DNA of 64,000 nucleotides from Chitinophagaceae bacterium. GTDB lineage: Bacteria; Bacteroidota; Bacteroidia; Chitinophagales; Chitinophagaceae. The position numbers and the translations under genes are program-made. The DNA is taken from NCBI GenBank assembly GCA_021299955.1, contig JAJTFQ010000013.1:11075-75074 (forward strand). The letters are read 5' to 3'. Positions 33,448 to 43,600 of the stretch are shown in pieces (the first letter of the stretch is position 1; the number at the start of each line of letters is the position of its first letter). Below the pieces are notes generated by a model. That model saw nothing but the letters and a program-made list of their open reading frames with translations, ran no database searches and was not told the origin of the DNA.

Positions 33448-34032
33448 ATGGCCAAAGCAACAAAAAAGGCAGCTAAAAAGGCTGCACCGGCCCCGAAGAA
33501 AGCGGCGCCGAAGAAAGTAGTCGCCAAGAAGGCTGCTGTAAAGAAATCCGCACCCAAGAAAGCGGCGCCCAAGGCGGCTCCGAAGGCAGCAGCCAAAAAA
33601 GTAGCGGCTAAAAAAGTGGCCACCAAGAAAGCAGCGCCCAAAAAGGCAGCAGCAAAGAAGGTGGTCGCCAAGAAAGCAGCGCCCAAAAAGTCGGCGGCCA
33701 AGAAAGCCGTGAAAGCCGTCAAAAAAGTGGTAAAAAAGGCGGTCGCAAAGAAAGCCGTAAAAAAAGCCGCAGCCGGTAAGGCCGTGGTGAAGAAAGCGGC
33801 ACCAGCCAAGAAGGTGGCTGCAAAAAAGGTTGCCCCAAAGAAAGCAGCGCCTGCAAAGGCAGCGGCCAAGAAGGGCGCTCCGAAGGCCGCACCAGCAAAA
33901 AAGGCAGCCCCTGCAAAGAAAGTGGCGCCCAGGAAGAAGGCGGCATCAAAAACAGCCGCAGCAACCCCGCTCCCTGCAGCTCCCGCTGCACCGGCCACGA
34001 CCGACAACGGCGGAGAAGGATCCGCATCCTGA
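33448..34032 (+). CDS. histone H1-like Lys/Ala/Pro-rich repeat protein
   Basis: 194 aa, 62 Lys counted, degenerate xAxKK/AAPKK pentamers; varied synonymous codons; followed by a strong terminator. Confidence 0.85.
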   Translation: MAKATKKAAKKAAPAPKKAAPKKVVAKKAAVKKSAPKKAAPKAAPKAAAKKVAAKKVATKKAAPKKAAAKKVVAKKAAPKKSAAKKAVKAVKKVVKKAVAKKAVKKAAAGKAVVKKAAPAKKVAAKKVAPKKAAPAKAAAKKGAPKAAPAKKAAPAKKVAPRKKAASKTAAATPLPAAPAAPATTDNGGEGSAS

Positions 34033-34052
34033 TCCATTCACCCGAAACGATC

Positions 34053-34085
34053 AGGGCCTGCAGTGTGACTGCAGGCCCTTTTTTT
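34053..34085 (+). terminator. terminator after H1-like gene
   Basis: AGGGCCTGCAGT-GTG-ACTGCAGGCCCT + T6. Confidence 0.88.
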
Positions 34086-34086
34086 A

Positions 34087-35097
34087 TCAGGTAGACTCCC
34101 GCTCTACGATCACAGGAGCGAAAGTCTGCTTCACTACCTTATCCTGCTTTTTTTGGATCATATCGATGATCATTCGAACCGCCTGTCTCCCCATCTCCCG
34201 GATAGGCTGAACGATGGCCGTCACAGTTGGACTTCCGAGACGGAACAGGATACTGTCGTCGAAACAGATCACACCCAGATCTTCTTTGATTTTCCGGCCT
34301 GATCTGCGAATGGCGTCAAGCCCTGCAACTCCCAGATAATTGGTTGTAAAAAAGATGGCATCGATCTCTGGGTTTCTGGCCAGCCAGTCCATGATCGTCC
34401 CCACTGTCTGTTCGTCGCTTGTGTCAAATGGTACATGCAGGGTCATCTCCGGGGTAACCGGCCGGCCTTGTTCAGACATAGCCTCCAGATAGCCGAGTTC
34501 ACGCTCCTTCATCTGCGTCTGCGTCGAGTTGAGTGTAACAAGCCCGATCTTTTGGTATTTCTTTTCGATCAGGAGCTTGACCGCATCATGAGCCCCCATA
34601 TAATTATCTACCGTCACATGGCAGGTATCCACATCCGGAAAATACCTGTCCACCAGCACCAGTGGCTTCTGCTCTGCCACCAGTTCACACAAATCCTGAC
34701 GCATGCCCGGTGTAGGAATAATGATGAATCCGTCCATCTGCCGATGGCGAAGCATATACAATAGTCCAGCCGCCTTCTTATCGTCGTTCTCAGTACTGCA
34801 GAACATGACCGTGTAGCCATACTTGTCTGCTTCGTGTTCGACATGTCTGGCCAGATGTGCGAAAAAAGGGTTGGATATATCCTCAACGATGAGTCCCAGG
34901 GTGTGTGACTGGCCTGTCCTGAGCCCGCGGGCTACCTGGTTCGGACGATAATTCAGTCGCTGGGCTGCGGACAAAACCTTGTCCTTCAATTCCTCGCTGA
35001 TGCGTTTTTCCCTTGCCTTTCCATTGAGTACAAAGGAGACGGTGGTGGTGGAAACGCCTACCTCCCGGGCGATATCCTTGATTGATACAGTGGCCAT
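34087..35097 (-). CDS. LacI-family transcriptional regulator
   Basis: SIKDIAREVGVSTTTVSFVLNG HTH, YRPNQVARGL hinge, periplasmic-binding-like domain; start set at ATG 35097. Confidence 0.93.
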   Translation of the reverse strand: MATVSIKDIAREVGVSTTTVSFVLNGKAREKRISEELKDKVLSAAQRLNYRPNQVARGLRTGQSHTLGLIVEDISNPFFAHLARHVEHEADKYGYTVMFCSTENDDKKAAGLLYMLRHRQMDGFIIIPTPGMRQDLCELVAEQKPLVLVDRYFPDVDTCHVTVDNYMGAHDAVKLLIEKKYQKIGLVTLNSTQTQMKERELGYLEAMSEQGRPVTPEMTLHVPFDTSDEQTVGTIMDWLARNPEIDAIFFTTNYLGVAGLDAIRRSGRKIKEDLGVICFDDSILFRLGSPTVTAIVQPIREMGRQAVRMIIDMIQKKQDKVVKQTFAPVIVEREST

Positions 35098-35148
35098 CTT
35101 TGTTGAATATACGGCATTTTTTGGGTTATACACTGATTTTCAGCCATG

Positions 35149-35172
35149 AAAAAGCCCCGCGGTGCGGGGCTT
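35149..35172 (-). terminator. terminator after nusG
   Basis: AAGCCCCGC-N3-GCGGGGCTT followed by T run on minus strand. Confidence 0.7.
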
Positions 35173-35189
35173 GATATGTTTCAGGTAGA

Positions 35190-35753
35190 TCAGCGTATCT
35201 CCTCTACTTGCATGTAACTCAATTCCACAGGTGTTGACCTGCCGAATATCTTGACCGTCACTTTCAGTTTCTTCTTCTCCTCGTTTACTTCTTCGATCAC
35301 GCCTGTGAAATCATTGAACGGACCATCGATGATCTTGATCGTCTCTCCTTCCTTGAACGGAACGGCAGACTGATCGCCTCCAAGGCCGGCCAGTTCATCC
35401 ATGTCACCCAGCATCTTCTTGACTTCCGCTTTCCGGAGCGCAACCGGCTGGTCTTTACCCAGGAAGTGGATGACATCTGTGGTGTTGTTGATATGGGAGA
35501 TGATGTCGTCGTGCATCTTACCATCCACCTCGATCATTACATAACCGGGGTAAAAGTTGCGTTCACGGACCACCTTCTTGCCTTTCTGAATCTTGTACAC
35601 CTTTTCAACAGGAAGGAAGATCTGCTTGATGACCTTATCCCATCCATTGCGGAGAATATCCTTGTCAAGGTATTCCTTCACCTTCTTCTCCTTGCCGCTG
35701 ATCACACGGAGGACGTACCATTTGGTATCCTGCGGGGTCGGTGTTTCCATCAT
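35190..35753 (-). CDS. nusG: transcription termination/antitermination factor
   Basis: WYVLRVISGKE, YPGYV, KOW domain IIDGPFNDFTG, IFGRSTPVEL. Confidence 0.97.
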   Translation of the reverse strand: MMETPTPQDTKWYVLRVISGKEKKVKEYLDKDILRNGWDKVIKQIFLPVEKVYKIQKGKKVVRERNFYPGYVMIEVDGKMHDDIISHINNTTDVIHFLGKDQPVALRKAEVKKMLGDMDELAGLGGDQSAVPFKEGETIKIIDGPFNDFTGVIEEVNEEKKKLKVTVKIFGRSTPVELSYMQVEEIR

Positions 35754-35944
35754 TTGAAGAGTGAATACACGAATTTAAGAATGTTGCTGCTGCCAAGGTC
35801 CATCAGCCATACAACCCCCGTGATGACCAGCGTGGCCACCAGTACGATCGAGGTCGACTGCTGCAACTGAGCCCAGGTGGGCCAGCTGACCTTTTCTACG
35901 AGCTCCTCATAGGAATCCCGGAAATATGCCTGCAATTTGTTCAT
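35750..35944 (-). CDS. secE: preprotein translocase subunit SecE
   Basis: ELVEKVSWPT motif plus one TM helix; upstream of nusG. Confidence 0.93.
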   Translation of the reverse strand: MNKLQAYFRDSYEELVEKVSWPTWAQLQQSTSIVLVATLVITGVVWLMDLGSSNILKFVYSLFK

Positions 35945-36053
35945 ATATCTGGTTGCTAGATGATGCGCAGCAGCCGAATGTTCGGAGTTGATACCCCGGG
36001 AAAGTTTCCCGTCGGCACCTTTTTCCGAAATCTTCCGGACTACTGCAAAAACT

Positions 36054-36127
36054 TGGCACGGGCACTAGGATTCGAACCTAGATCGAAGGTTTTGGAGACC
36101 TCTATTCTGCCGTTGAACTATGCCCGT
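36054..36127 (-). tRNA. tRNA-Trp(CCA)
   Basis: ACGGGCATAGTTCAACGG...CTCCAAA...GGTTCGAATCC...CCCGTGCCA cloverleaf. Confidence 0.95.
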
Positions 36128-36193
36128 GTATCTCATGACCGTGTGCAAAATAGCATTTTCAACTATTGTGACAAAGCCCGTCGATTTATGGAC

Positions 36194-36221
36194 AAAGTAC
36201 CCGGGAGAACCCGGGTACTTT
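36194..36221 (-). terminator. hairpin/terminator downstream of tuf
   Basis: AAAGTACCCGGG-AGAA-CCCGGGTACTTT. Confidence 0.6.
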
Positions 36222-36265
36222 GTATGAATACTTCACCAGTCGCCGGAACAATTCCGACGGCCTGA

Positions 36266-37453
36266 TTATTTCAGGATTTCGGTCACCTGGCCAGCACCTA
36301 CGGTGCGACCACCTTCGCGGATGGCGAACTTCAGACCCTTTTCCATGGCGATCGGCTGGATCAGCGTCACCATCAGGTTGATGTTATCACCAGGCATGAC
36401 CATGTCCGTACCTTCAGGCAGTGTCACTTCTCCCGTTACGTCAGTCGTACGGAAGTAGAACTGAGGACGATACTTTTGGAAGAACGGTGTATGACGGCCA
36501 CCTTCCTCTTTGCTCAGTACGTACACCTCACCACGGAAATCAGTGTGCGGGGTGATGGAACCGGGCTTGCAGATAACCATACCACGACGGATATCCTTCT
36601 TTTCAATGCCACGGAGCAGCAGACCGGCGTTGTCACCAGCTTCACCCTCTTCGAGGAGCTTACGGAACATTTCTACGCCTGTGCAAGTGGAGGTGAGCGG
36701 GGTTTCCATCAGACCTACGATCTCGACGGGTTCGCCAACCTTGATGCGACCACGCTCGATACGACCAGTGGCAACCGTACCACGACCTGTGATCGTGAAT
36801 ACGTCTTCAACGGACATAAGGAACGGCTGGTCTACCGGACGGGGAGGCAGCGGAACGTAAGTATCAACGGCATCCATCAGCTCATCGATCTTCTTCAACC
36901 ACTGCTCTTCGCCAGCGAGCGCGCCGGTGGCAGAACCCTGGATGATCGGTGTGTTGTCGCCATCGAAGCCATAAGTAGAAAGGAGTTCGCGGATCTCCAT
37001 TTCTACCAGCTCGAGCAGTTCGGGATCATCAACAAGGTCAACCTTGTTCATGAACACTACGATACGGGGAACACCTACCTGACGGGCGAGCAGGATGTGC
37101 TCCTTCGTCTGGGGCATCGGACCATCTGTAGCAGCCACAACCAGGATAGCACCGTCCATCTGGGCGGCACCCGTGATCATGTTCTTTACGTAGTCAGCGT
37201 GACCCGGGCAGTCAACGTGCGCGTAGTGACGGTTGGCCGTCTGATATTCCACGTGCGCAGTGTTGATGGTGATACCGCGCTCTTTTTCTTCCGGAGCGGC
37301 ATCGATTTCATCATACTTTTTTTCCTGCGCCCAACCTTTTTTAGCAAGGCTGTTGGTGATGGCTGCAGTCAACGTGGTCTTTCCGTGGTCGACGTGTCCG
37401 ATCGTACCGACGTTCACGTGAGGTTTGTCCCTCTTGAAGGTCTCTTTAGACAT
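36266..37453 (-). CDS. tuf: elongation factor Tu
   Basis: [33 protein letters not shown]. Confidence 0.99.
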   Translation of the reverse strand: MSKETFKRDKPHVNVGTIGHVDHGKTTLTAAITNSLAKKGWAQEKKYDEIDAAPEEKERGITINTAHVEYQTANRHYAHVDCPGHADYVKNMITGAAQMDGAILVVAATDGPMPQTKEHILLARQVGVPRIVVFMNKVDLVDDPELLELVEMEIRELLSTYGFDGDNTPIIQGSATGALAGEEQWLKKIDELMDAVDTYVPLPPRPVDQPFLMSVEDVFTITGRGTVATGRIERGRIKVGEPVEIVGLMETPLTSTCTGVEMFRKLLEEGEAGDNAGLLLRGIEKKDIRRGMVICKPGSITPHTDFRGEVYVLSKEEGGRHTPFFQKYRPQFYFRTTDVTGEVTLPEGTDMVMPGDNINLMVTLIQPIAMEKGLKFAIREGGRTVGAGQVTEILK

Positions 37454-37622
37454 TGTTATCCGTTTTTAGGTTGTGTTTACAATGATGGTTTCTTATAGAA
37501 ACTGCGTTTACGGGTTTGTGGCCCGCATATCAATGTTTTTTCCCGAATGGTCTCAGACAGCATCCCGCGCTGGTCAACAGCGCATCCAACGATGTCTGAC
37601 CGGTCAGGGATTCACAATCACC

Positions 37623-37697
<75 letters not shown>

Positions 37698-37722
37698 AGC
37701 TGCCGCTGCTTGCGGCATGGAG

Positions 37723-37795
37723 AGCGGGAGACGAGGCTCGAACCCGCGACCTATAGCTTGGAAGGCTATCGCTCTACCAACTGAGCTACTCCCGC
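37723..37795 (-). tRNA. tRNA-Gly(TCC)
   Basis: GCGGGAGTAGCTCAGTTGG...CTTCCAA...GGTTCGAGCC...CCCGCT. Confidence 0.95.
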
Positions 37796-37876
37796 ATTTG
37801 ACGTAAAGCAATACAAAACCCCTGACGGTTTCCCGGCGGAGACAAAGATGCCGCGTCGAATATCTATTCAAATGAA

Positions 37877-37962
37877 TGGTGGGCAGGAGAGGATTCGAAC
37901 CTCTGAAGTCGAAAGACAGCGGATTTACAGTCCGCCCCATTTGGCCGCTCTGGAACCTGCCC
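37877..37962 (-). tRNA. tRNA-Tyr(GTA)
   Basis: GGGCAGG...CTGTAAA...long variable arm...GGTTCGAATCC...CCCACCA. Confidence 0.95.
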
Positions 37963-38031
37963 CCGTCATGTATCATCGCCTTGCGGCAACACATCATTCC
38001 CCGGATTCTGTCAAACTGAATCTCAGCCTTG

Positions 38032-38104
38032 AGCCAGAGAAGGGACTCGAACCCCCGACCAGCTGATTACAAATCAGCTGCTCTACCAGCTGAGCTACTC
38101 TGGC
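38032..38104 (-). tRNA. tRNA-Thr(TGT)
   Basis: GCCAGAGTAGCTCAGCTGG...TTTGTAA...GGTTCGAGTCC...CTGGCT. Confidence 0.95.
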
Positions 38105-38174
38105 TTATTTCGCGCGGAATGACGCCATGCTACACTTGAATATGAACAAAGACCTACCCCTGTTTTTGGGAAGG

Positions 38175-38203
38175 CAAAGGTAATGGAAATCTTTGAAAGC
38201 AAA
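38175..38203 (-). promoter_or_regulatory. promoter of tRNA-tuf operon
   Basis: Minus strand TTTG-N17-TACCTTTG. Confidence 0.55.
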
Positions 38204-38237
38204 AAATTCTACGCCTTTTTTTGGGGGTGGCAGACAT

Positions 38238-38261
38238 AAAAAAAAGGCCCGAAGGCCTTTT
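38238..38261 (-). terminator. terminator after hpf
   Basis: AAAAGGCC-N4-GGCCTTTT with long T run on minus strand. Confidence 0.7.
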
Positions 38262-38262
38262 A

Positions 38263-38562
38263 TCAAGCGGCTTCCTTCTCCTTCGTCCGTTTCAACTGGT
38301 TGATCAGGGCATCCAGCGATCCGTCGAATGACTCCTCGAAGGATTTGGATGTATGCTTTACGAATAGTTCGTGACGCGGGATCGTAAGCCTGATCTCCGC
38401 GATCTTGTCCTTGATCTGATGGACGACATTGTCGAGCTTCAGAAAAACATCCACCTTAATGATCCGGTCGTGATAGTTGGACAATTTGCCGATCTTCCGG
38501 TTCACATGCTCGATCAGCTTGGCATCGGCGTCAAAATGCACACATTGGATGTTGATGGTCAT
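38263..38562 (-). CDS. hpf: ribosome hibernation promoting factor (HPF/RaiA)
   Basis: 99 aa sigma54-modulation/S30EA fold pattern; conserved position between xerC and tRNAs. Confidence 0.88.
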   Translation of the reverse strand: MTINIQCVHFDADAKLIEHVNRKIGKLSNYHDRIIKVDVFLKLDNVVHQIKDKIAEIRLTIPRHELFVKHTSKSFEESFDGSLDALINQLKRTKEKEAA

Positions 38563-38731
38563 GGCTGGACATTTAGATTTCGTGAAATAAATGGAACTCC
38601 ATCCGCATACCGGACTGTCACCGGCAGCGACAAGTTCAATTTACGCCGAAAAGATCCTTTTCGCAAATGATCCAGGTCATAATTCTTTGCAAAAATGTCG
38701 GAATGCAGAATGCCGCCGGATGGGAAAGGAC

Positions 38732-39628
38732 TCATCCCCGGGGATGGGCTCTGCGGTGCGCCTCCTGCAGCCGCGCAATGCTGTTATGGGTGTATACCTG
38801 CGTCGATGCCAGGCTGGCATGCCCCAGGAGGTCCTTGATTGCGCTCAGGTCCGCCCCACGATTGGCCAGATGTGTCGCAAAGGTGTGCCGTAGCACATGA
38901 GGCCCGCGTCTGTCAGCAGTACTGACAAGCGATAGTTGTCGCCTGACCATCCCATAAGCCTGTCGAGGATGCAGGCGCCGACCGGATCCATTCTCAAAGA
39001 GAAATCCGGAACCCTCACCATCCCTCCCCTGGCCTCTGGCCCGGAGGAAATCACGAATGCGCACAGACAATCCCTCCGGAAGCGGAACGACGCGCTCCTT
39101 GTTTCCCTTGCCCAGGATCCGGAGATCCGAACGCCCCTCCGACACCTGCGACTCCCGGACAGACAAGAGCTCGCTGATGCGGAGACCCGTCAGATATAGC
39201 ATCATCACCATCAGCCGTTCCATGTCTTCCATTGATCCGGCCACGCAGGGCGCTTCTCCAAGCAAGACCTCAGTCTGCCCCTCCTCCAGATACACAGGTA
39301 ATCTGCGAGGCACCTTCATCGCACGCAAACCGGACACCGGATTCTCCAAAAACCTGCCGGTCCGGCGACCATGAAGATAGAAGGCCTTGACACTCGAGAT
39401 CTTCCGGTTAACCGACCGGGGTTTAAAGCCCCCACCCGTCAGGGATACCATCCAGCTTCTGATATGTATCGGGGCGACCGCCACGGGATCCGTTAATGCA
39501 TAGGTAGCCTCCAGCCAGTGGAAAAACTGAAGCAGATCGTCCGTGTATGCCCGAAGGGTATGGTCCGAATATCGCTTCTCGAACCGGAGATGGTCGGCAA
39601 ATGGCTGTATCCTGGTATCTGTGATCAC
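38732..39628 (-). CDS. xerC: tyrosine recombinase XerC-like
   Basis: TGLRISE, GKGNKER, HVLRH, LLGH..STQVY catalytic set. Confidence 0.85.
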   Translation of the reverse strand: MITDTRIQPFADHLRFEKRYSDHTLRAYTDDLLQFFHWLEATYALTDPVAVAPIHIRSWMVSLTGGGFKPRSVNRKISSVKAFYLHGRRTGRFLENPVSGLRAMKVPRRLPVYLEEGQTEVLLGEAPCVAGSMEDMERLMVMMLYLTGLRISELLSVRESQVSEGRSDLRILGKGNKERVVPLPEGLSVRIRDFLRARGQGRDGEGSGFLFENGSGRRLHPRQAYGMVRRQLSLVSTADRRGPHVLRHTFATHLANRGADLSAIKDLLGHASLASTQVYTHNSIARLQEAHRRAHPRG

Positions 39629-39698
39629 GTACGTACAAAAAAATGGTCATGAAGTTAAGAAACTCCATGACCATCGGTTATGTTGCAAAGGATCAGAA

Positions 39699-39896
39699 TC
39701 AGGGCTCGATGACGCCTGCCTGGATCTTCTGACGATATATCGCTTTGAGGATTTCGCCACGGCGACGTATGGAAGGCTTCTTGAAAGACTGACGCTCGCG
39801 CAATTGCAGGAGAGTCTTGGCCTTTTCAAATTTCTTCTTGTACTTTTTGAGCGCCTTGTCGATGTTTTCGCAATCCTTGGAATCGATGATGAGCAT
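39699..39896 (-). CDS. rpsU: 30S ribosomal protein S21
   Basis: ENIDKALKKYKKK...RQSFKKPSIRRR. Confidence 0.95.
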   Translation of the reverse strand: MLIIDSKDCENIDKALKKYKKKFEKAKTLLQLRERQSFKKPSIRRRGEILKAIYRQKIQAGVIEP

Positions 39897-39920
39897 GGTT
39901 GATCCTCTTTTTTAGGAGGG

Positions 39921-39952
39921 CAAAGATATGCATTCCCGATATTTTATCCAAA
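39921..39952 (-). promoter_or_regulatory. rpsU promoter
   Basis: Minus strand TTTG-N20-TATCTTTG. Confidence 0.65.
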
Positions 39953-40003
39953 CATTCAAAAAAAATGGCGCCACCATGCGAACTTGCAGTCAAAACAGGG
40001 CAT

Positions 40004-40609
40004 ATGTTCACCGGAATCATCGAGGCCACCGGGCTCATTCATACGGTCACCGCACATAGCGGGAACCTCACCTTCGAAGTATCCTCCCCCCTTTCTGCCG
40101 GTTTCAAGCCTGATCAGAGCGTCGCACACGACGGGGTATGCCTGACCGTGGAATCCGTATCCGGGGGCACCCATCGGGTGACCGCCATCCGCGAGACCCT
40201 TGAGAAAACAGCATTGGGAGCATGGACAGCAGGCAGGAACATCAATCTGGAAAGGGCCATGGTCATGGGCGCCCGCCTCGACGGACACCTGGTACAGGGC
40301 CACGTAGACGCGCGGGGAAGATGCCTCGCCGTGGAAGATGCCGATGGATCATGGCGCTATCGATTCAGCTTCCCGGAAGCATTTGCCCCACTGATGATCG
40401 AAAAGGGATCCATTTGCATGAACGGGATCAGCCTGACCGCCTTCGATGTCACGACAGATGCATTCTCCGTGGCCATCATCCCCTACACCTATGAACATAC
40501 GAATATAAACAGCCTGCAACCGGGTGATGACGTGAACCTCGAATTCGATATGATCGGGAAGTACGTGGCCCGCTTCAACACACTTTTCCCCGGCGGAAGA
40601 CCGGCCTGA
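40004..40609 (+). CDS. ribE: riboflavin synthase
   Basis: MFTGIIE start, GVCLT, NLERA, GHLVQGHVD, VNLEFD. Confidence 0.95.
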   Translation: MFTGIIEATGLIHTVTAHSGNLTFEVSSPLSAGFKPDQSVAHDGVCLTVESVSGGTHRVTAIRETLEKTALGAWTAGRNINLERAMVMGARLDGHLVQGHVDARGRCLAVEDADGSWRYRFSFPEAFAPLMIEKGSICMNGISLTAFDVTTDAFSVAIIPYTYEHTNINSLQPGDDVNLEFDMIGKYVARFNTLFPGGRPA

Positions 40610-40610
40610 A

Positions 40611-43600
40611 TCAGCGCATCAGGTACATTTTTCCGTAACCATTCCGGAAAAAATTGCCCGTAGGGTCCCCATCCGGCTTCCACCGCTCCATCTGCTGGCC
40701 GTCCTGCGTGGCGATCACCCGATAAAGGTAAACCCCGTTGGCCAGCGGCTGGCCGTACTGGTCGGTCCCGTCCCACCTGAACTCCGTAATGTTCCGACCG
40801 ATCCGAAGAGGACCCAGCTCCTCACGGCGGATCTCGCGGACGACCCGGCCCGTTACGGTCAATATCTGAATGCGCAGGTCCCGCGGTGGCTGACGGCCCG
40901 TGAGCGTGAACACGAAAGCAGTGGAGCTGGTGAAGGGATTCGGATAGTTGAGCAGATCCGAGATCGCCGACTGATTCATGACCGTGAAACGCATCCTCAG
41001 ATCCGATCGTGCGGCCATGTTCCCACTGCGATCCCGCCCGTTCACGATCAACTCATATTCTCCGTCCTGCCCGAAGGTCGCCTTCAGGTCGATCACGGCT
41101 GTGTTATCTGCATTCGGAGCTGCCGCCGCCGGACTGAACCGCATCGAATCTCCATCCACCCTGAATACACGCACCCCCCCGTCGGGATATCGGACCTGGA
41201 CCCGCATCAATGCCGTGTCGTCCAGCAACAGATAACGGCTGTCATCCTTCATGCGGATGCTGATGTGCGGACGGGATGATACGATGTCTCCATCCATGAT
41301 GTGTGCGCCGTCGAAAGTCACATCCAGCAGGGGATTCAACCCATCGGCCCCCACCCTCACCCGGCGATACAGAAAATTGTTGAACAGATGCTGCTCTGGT
41401 TGTTCGGGGCCTGGATTCACATGCAGGTACACCATGCAATTGCCCTTCAGACCACGGGTGTCAACCCGGCCGGATAGGTGCAGGGTATCCCCGGCCGGCA
41501 AGGGACGCGTCCGCGGCAGGGGCACTTCACGCACCACATTGTCGGATCCGGTAACGGTCATGTATAAACGAAGACTATCAAACGCGGCGGGACTTATATT
41601 CCGGAAGGCCAGGGAAAAATCAAACGGCTGTCCTGGCTCCAGGGAGTCGGGCATGCTGAACCGCAGATCGGGCGACAGGGCTCCCTCCGGCACAGGATCT
41701 GCGGCCAGCCGCCAGGATCGCAGCTGCGCCGGCGTAAAACCCAGACTGTCGACACAGCGCATCCGAAGCCTCAGATATGGAAAACGCGAGGCATCCACAA
41801 ATGATAGTGACGTATCTCCGCCGGAAAGCGTTGCCAGGTTCATCTCCAGCCCACTGGCCTCCCGACCGATCAGATCCACCGCTACCCTGTCCTGGATCCC
41901 GTCCGGCCGATCAGCCGTCCACCGAAGATGATGCCAGCGGCGCACCGGTCCGAACCAGGGCGACAGCACGGTGCCCCGGTCAAGCCCCTTACGCACATCG
42001 ATGCGGCGCTCGATGTACTCATCGCGGCTCACCGCCATATGCGAAATGATCGGCGTAACGGCATCCCCCACCCTCCTGAAGAAAAGGAACGGTACGTTGG
42101 CCGTGAACCGGTCGATATCCGACATACCGAGTCGCAACAGACTATGATACAGCGACCGACCGGCACCATGCAACACCGTGTCGGATTTCCAGGCATCCAC
42201 AAAACTTGTATTCCCAAGGGAGCCCATGTTCGTGACCGATACGTAACTGCGGGCTGGCAGGGAATCCAGGAAATCCATGGCAGCCTTGCGGTAAACAGGA
42301 TCATCGTATGGGAATTCGAACAGAAAGTCGTTGTACTGGCAGGGCGCCCAGCTGCCAAAACGGCCCTTACCTCCGGGCTGCAATGCATTGCGCAACGGCA
42401 TCAGACTGATACTGTCATAAACCACGATCTGCAGAGAACCCGGCCGGCACCCCCACAATACATGGTACTTCTCATCCACCTGCACATTGATCCGGTTCTT
42501 CGGATGGATCGGAAAAATGCCGGTCTTGATGACGATCTGCGCCGGCCGGTCATTGAAACGCCAAACCCTGTCGGCATCCAGCCGCATGTCTGCAGCAGTC
42601 GACTGCAGATGCTGGCCTGCATGCGCCTGCGCAAATCCCGAAGGAATATCCTTCAGATACAAAAAGGAGGCACGATTCCATCTGGCCGCCTCCCCGGCAG
42701 CAGGCTCCGGGGCAGTCCGCCAGTAATGAACCCGCCCGTCCGTGAGCGTCAAGCCCGGTAACTGGAATTTCAACAACCCGCCCGAAGACTCAATGGATAC
42801 GGACCTTCTGGCGGGTGACCGAAAGTCTGCCGCTGTATCCACCTCCATGATGTACCTCCGCAGAGGCTTCAGTGCATCTGCCGTCGAGGCCAGGAACACG
42901 GGCTGCGACTCGTTCATTATCGTCAGATCGCCGGGCCATACAGGGCGGAGTTCATCTTCAATGACCATGTACACCTTGGTCACGCTGTTGTTCGATTCAG
43001 ACAACTCCGCATACCGGTCGTCGGCATCGACCGTCACCACTACCCGGTTCTCCCCTTTATCGGTCAGCGGATTGATCGGGATCTTCAGGGAAAGGCTGTC
43101 CTCCCACCGGATCGCCGGGATCCTTCTGAACAGGATCTCCCGTGAAGACCCGTCCGGGCGCAGGTGGCGCACCCGGATCCCGATGGAATCTCCTACGGCC
43201 CGCCCGATGTTCTGCATCTTGATGTTCACATCCACCGCTCCGTCGGCGAGCGTGGCCAGTCCGGGCTCGATGCGCACGCCGGGGGCTTCCACCACATAAT
43301 CCGGTTGCGCGTGGGCGTATACCCTGACCATCGGATCGCCGTGCAGGGTGATCTGTTCGGCATGCATGCGGGCCAGGTAATCTGTTTGGCCCACCGACTG
43401 CAACATGCGTTGCAGGGCGACCAACTGCACCTCCCCCATCGGACGTCCGTAGCCTGAACCCGACATCGAGGTGTACAAGGCATTGACAAAGATGTTGAGG
43501 TAATTGACCACACCGTAATGGGTGCTCGCCACGAAGCCGATGCTACCCCGTCGCTTCGCCATCACATATTTTTCAGATAGTGTCAGATTGCTGGAAGAAA

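Noticed and set aside
33448-34032. CRISPR array or tandem DNA repeat; also the antisense ORF 33420-34037
   Set aside because: Repetition is at protein level with varied codons and no repeat-spacer structure; the Phe/Ala-rich antisense ORF is its mirror
38732-39628. Tyrosine recombinase near tRNAs as a prophage or island integrase
   Set aside because: Size, motifs and the rpsU-xerC-hpf context are those of housekeeping XerC in Bacteroidota; no phage or att features seen
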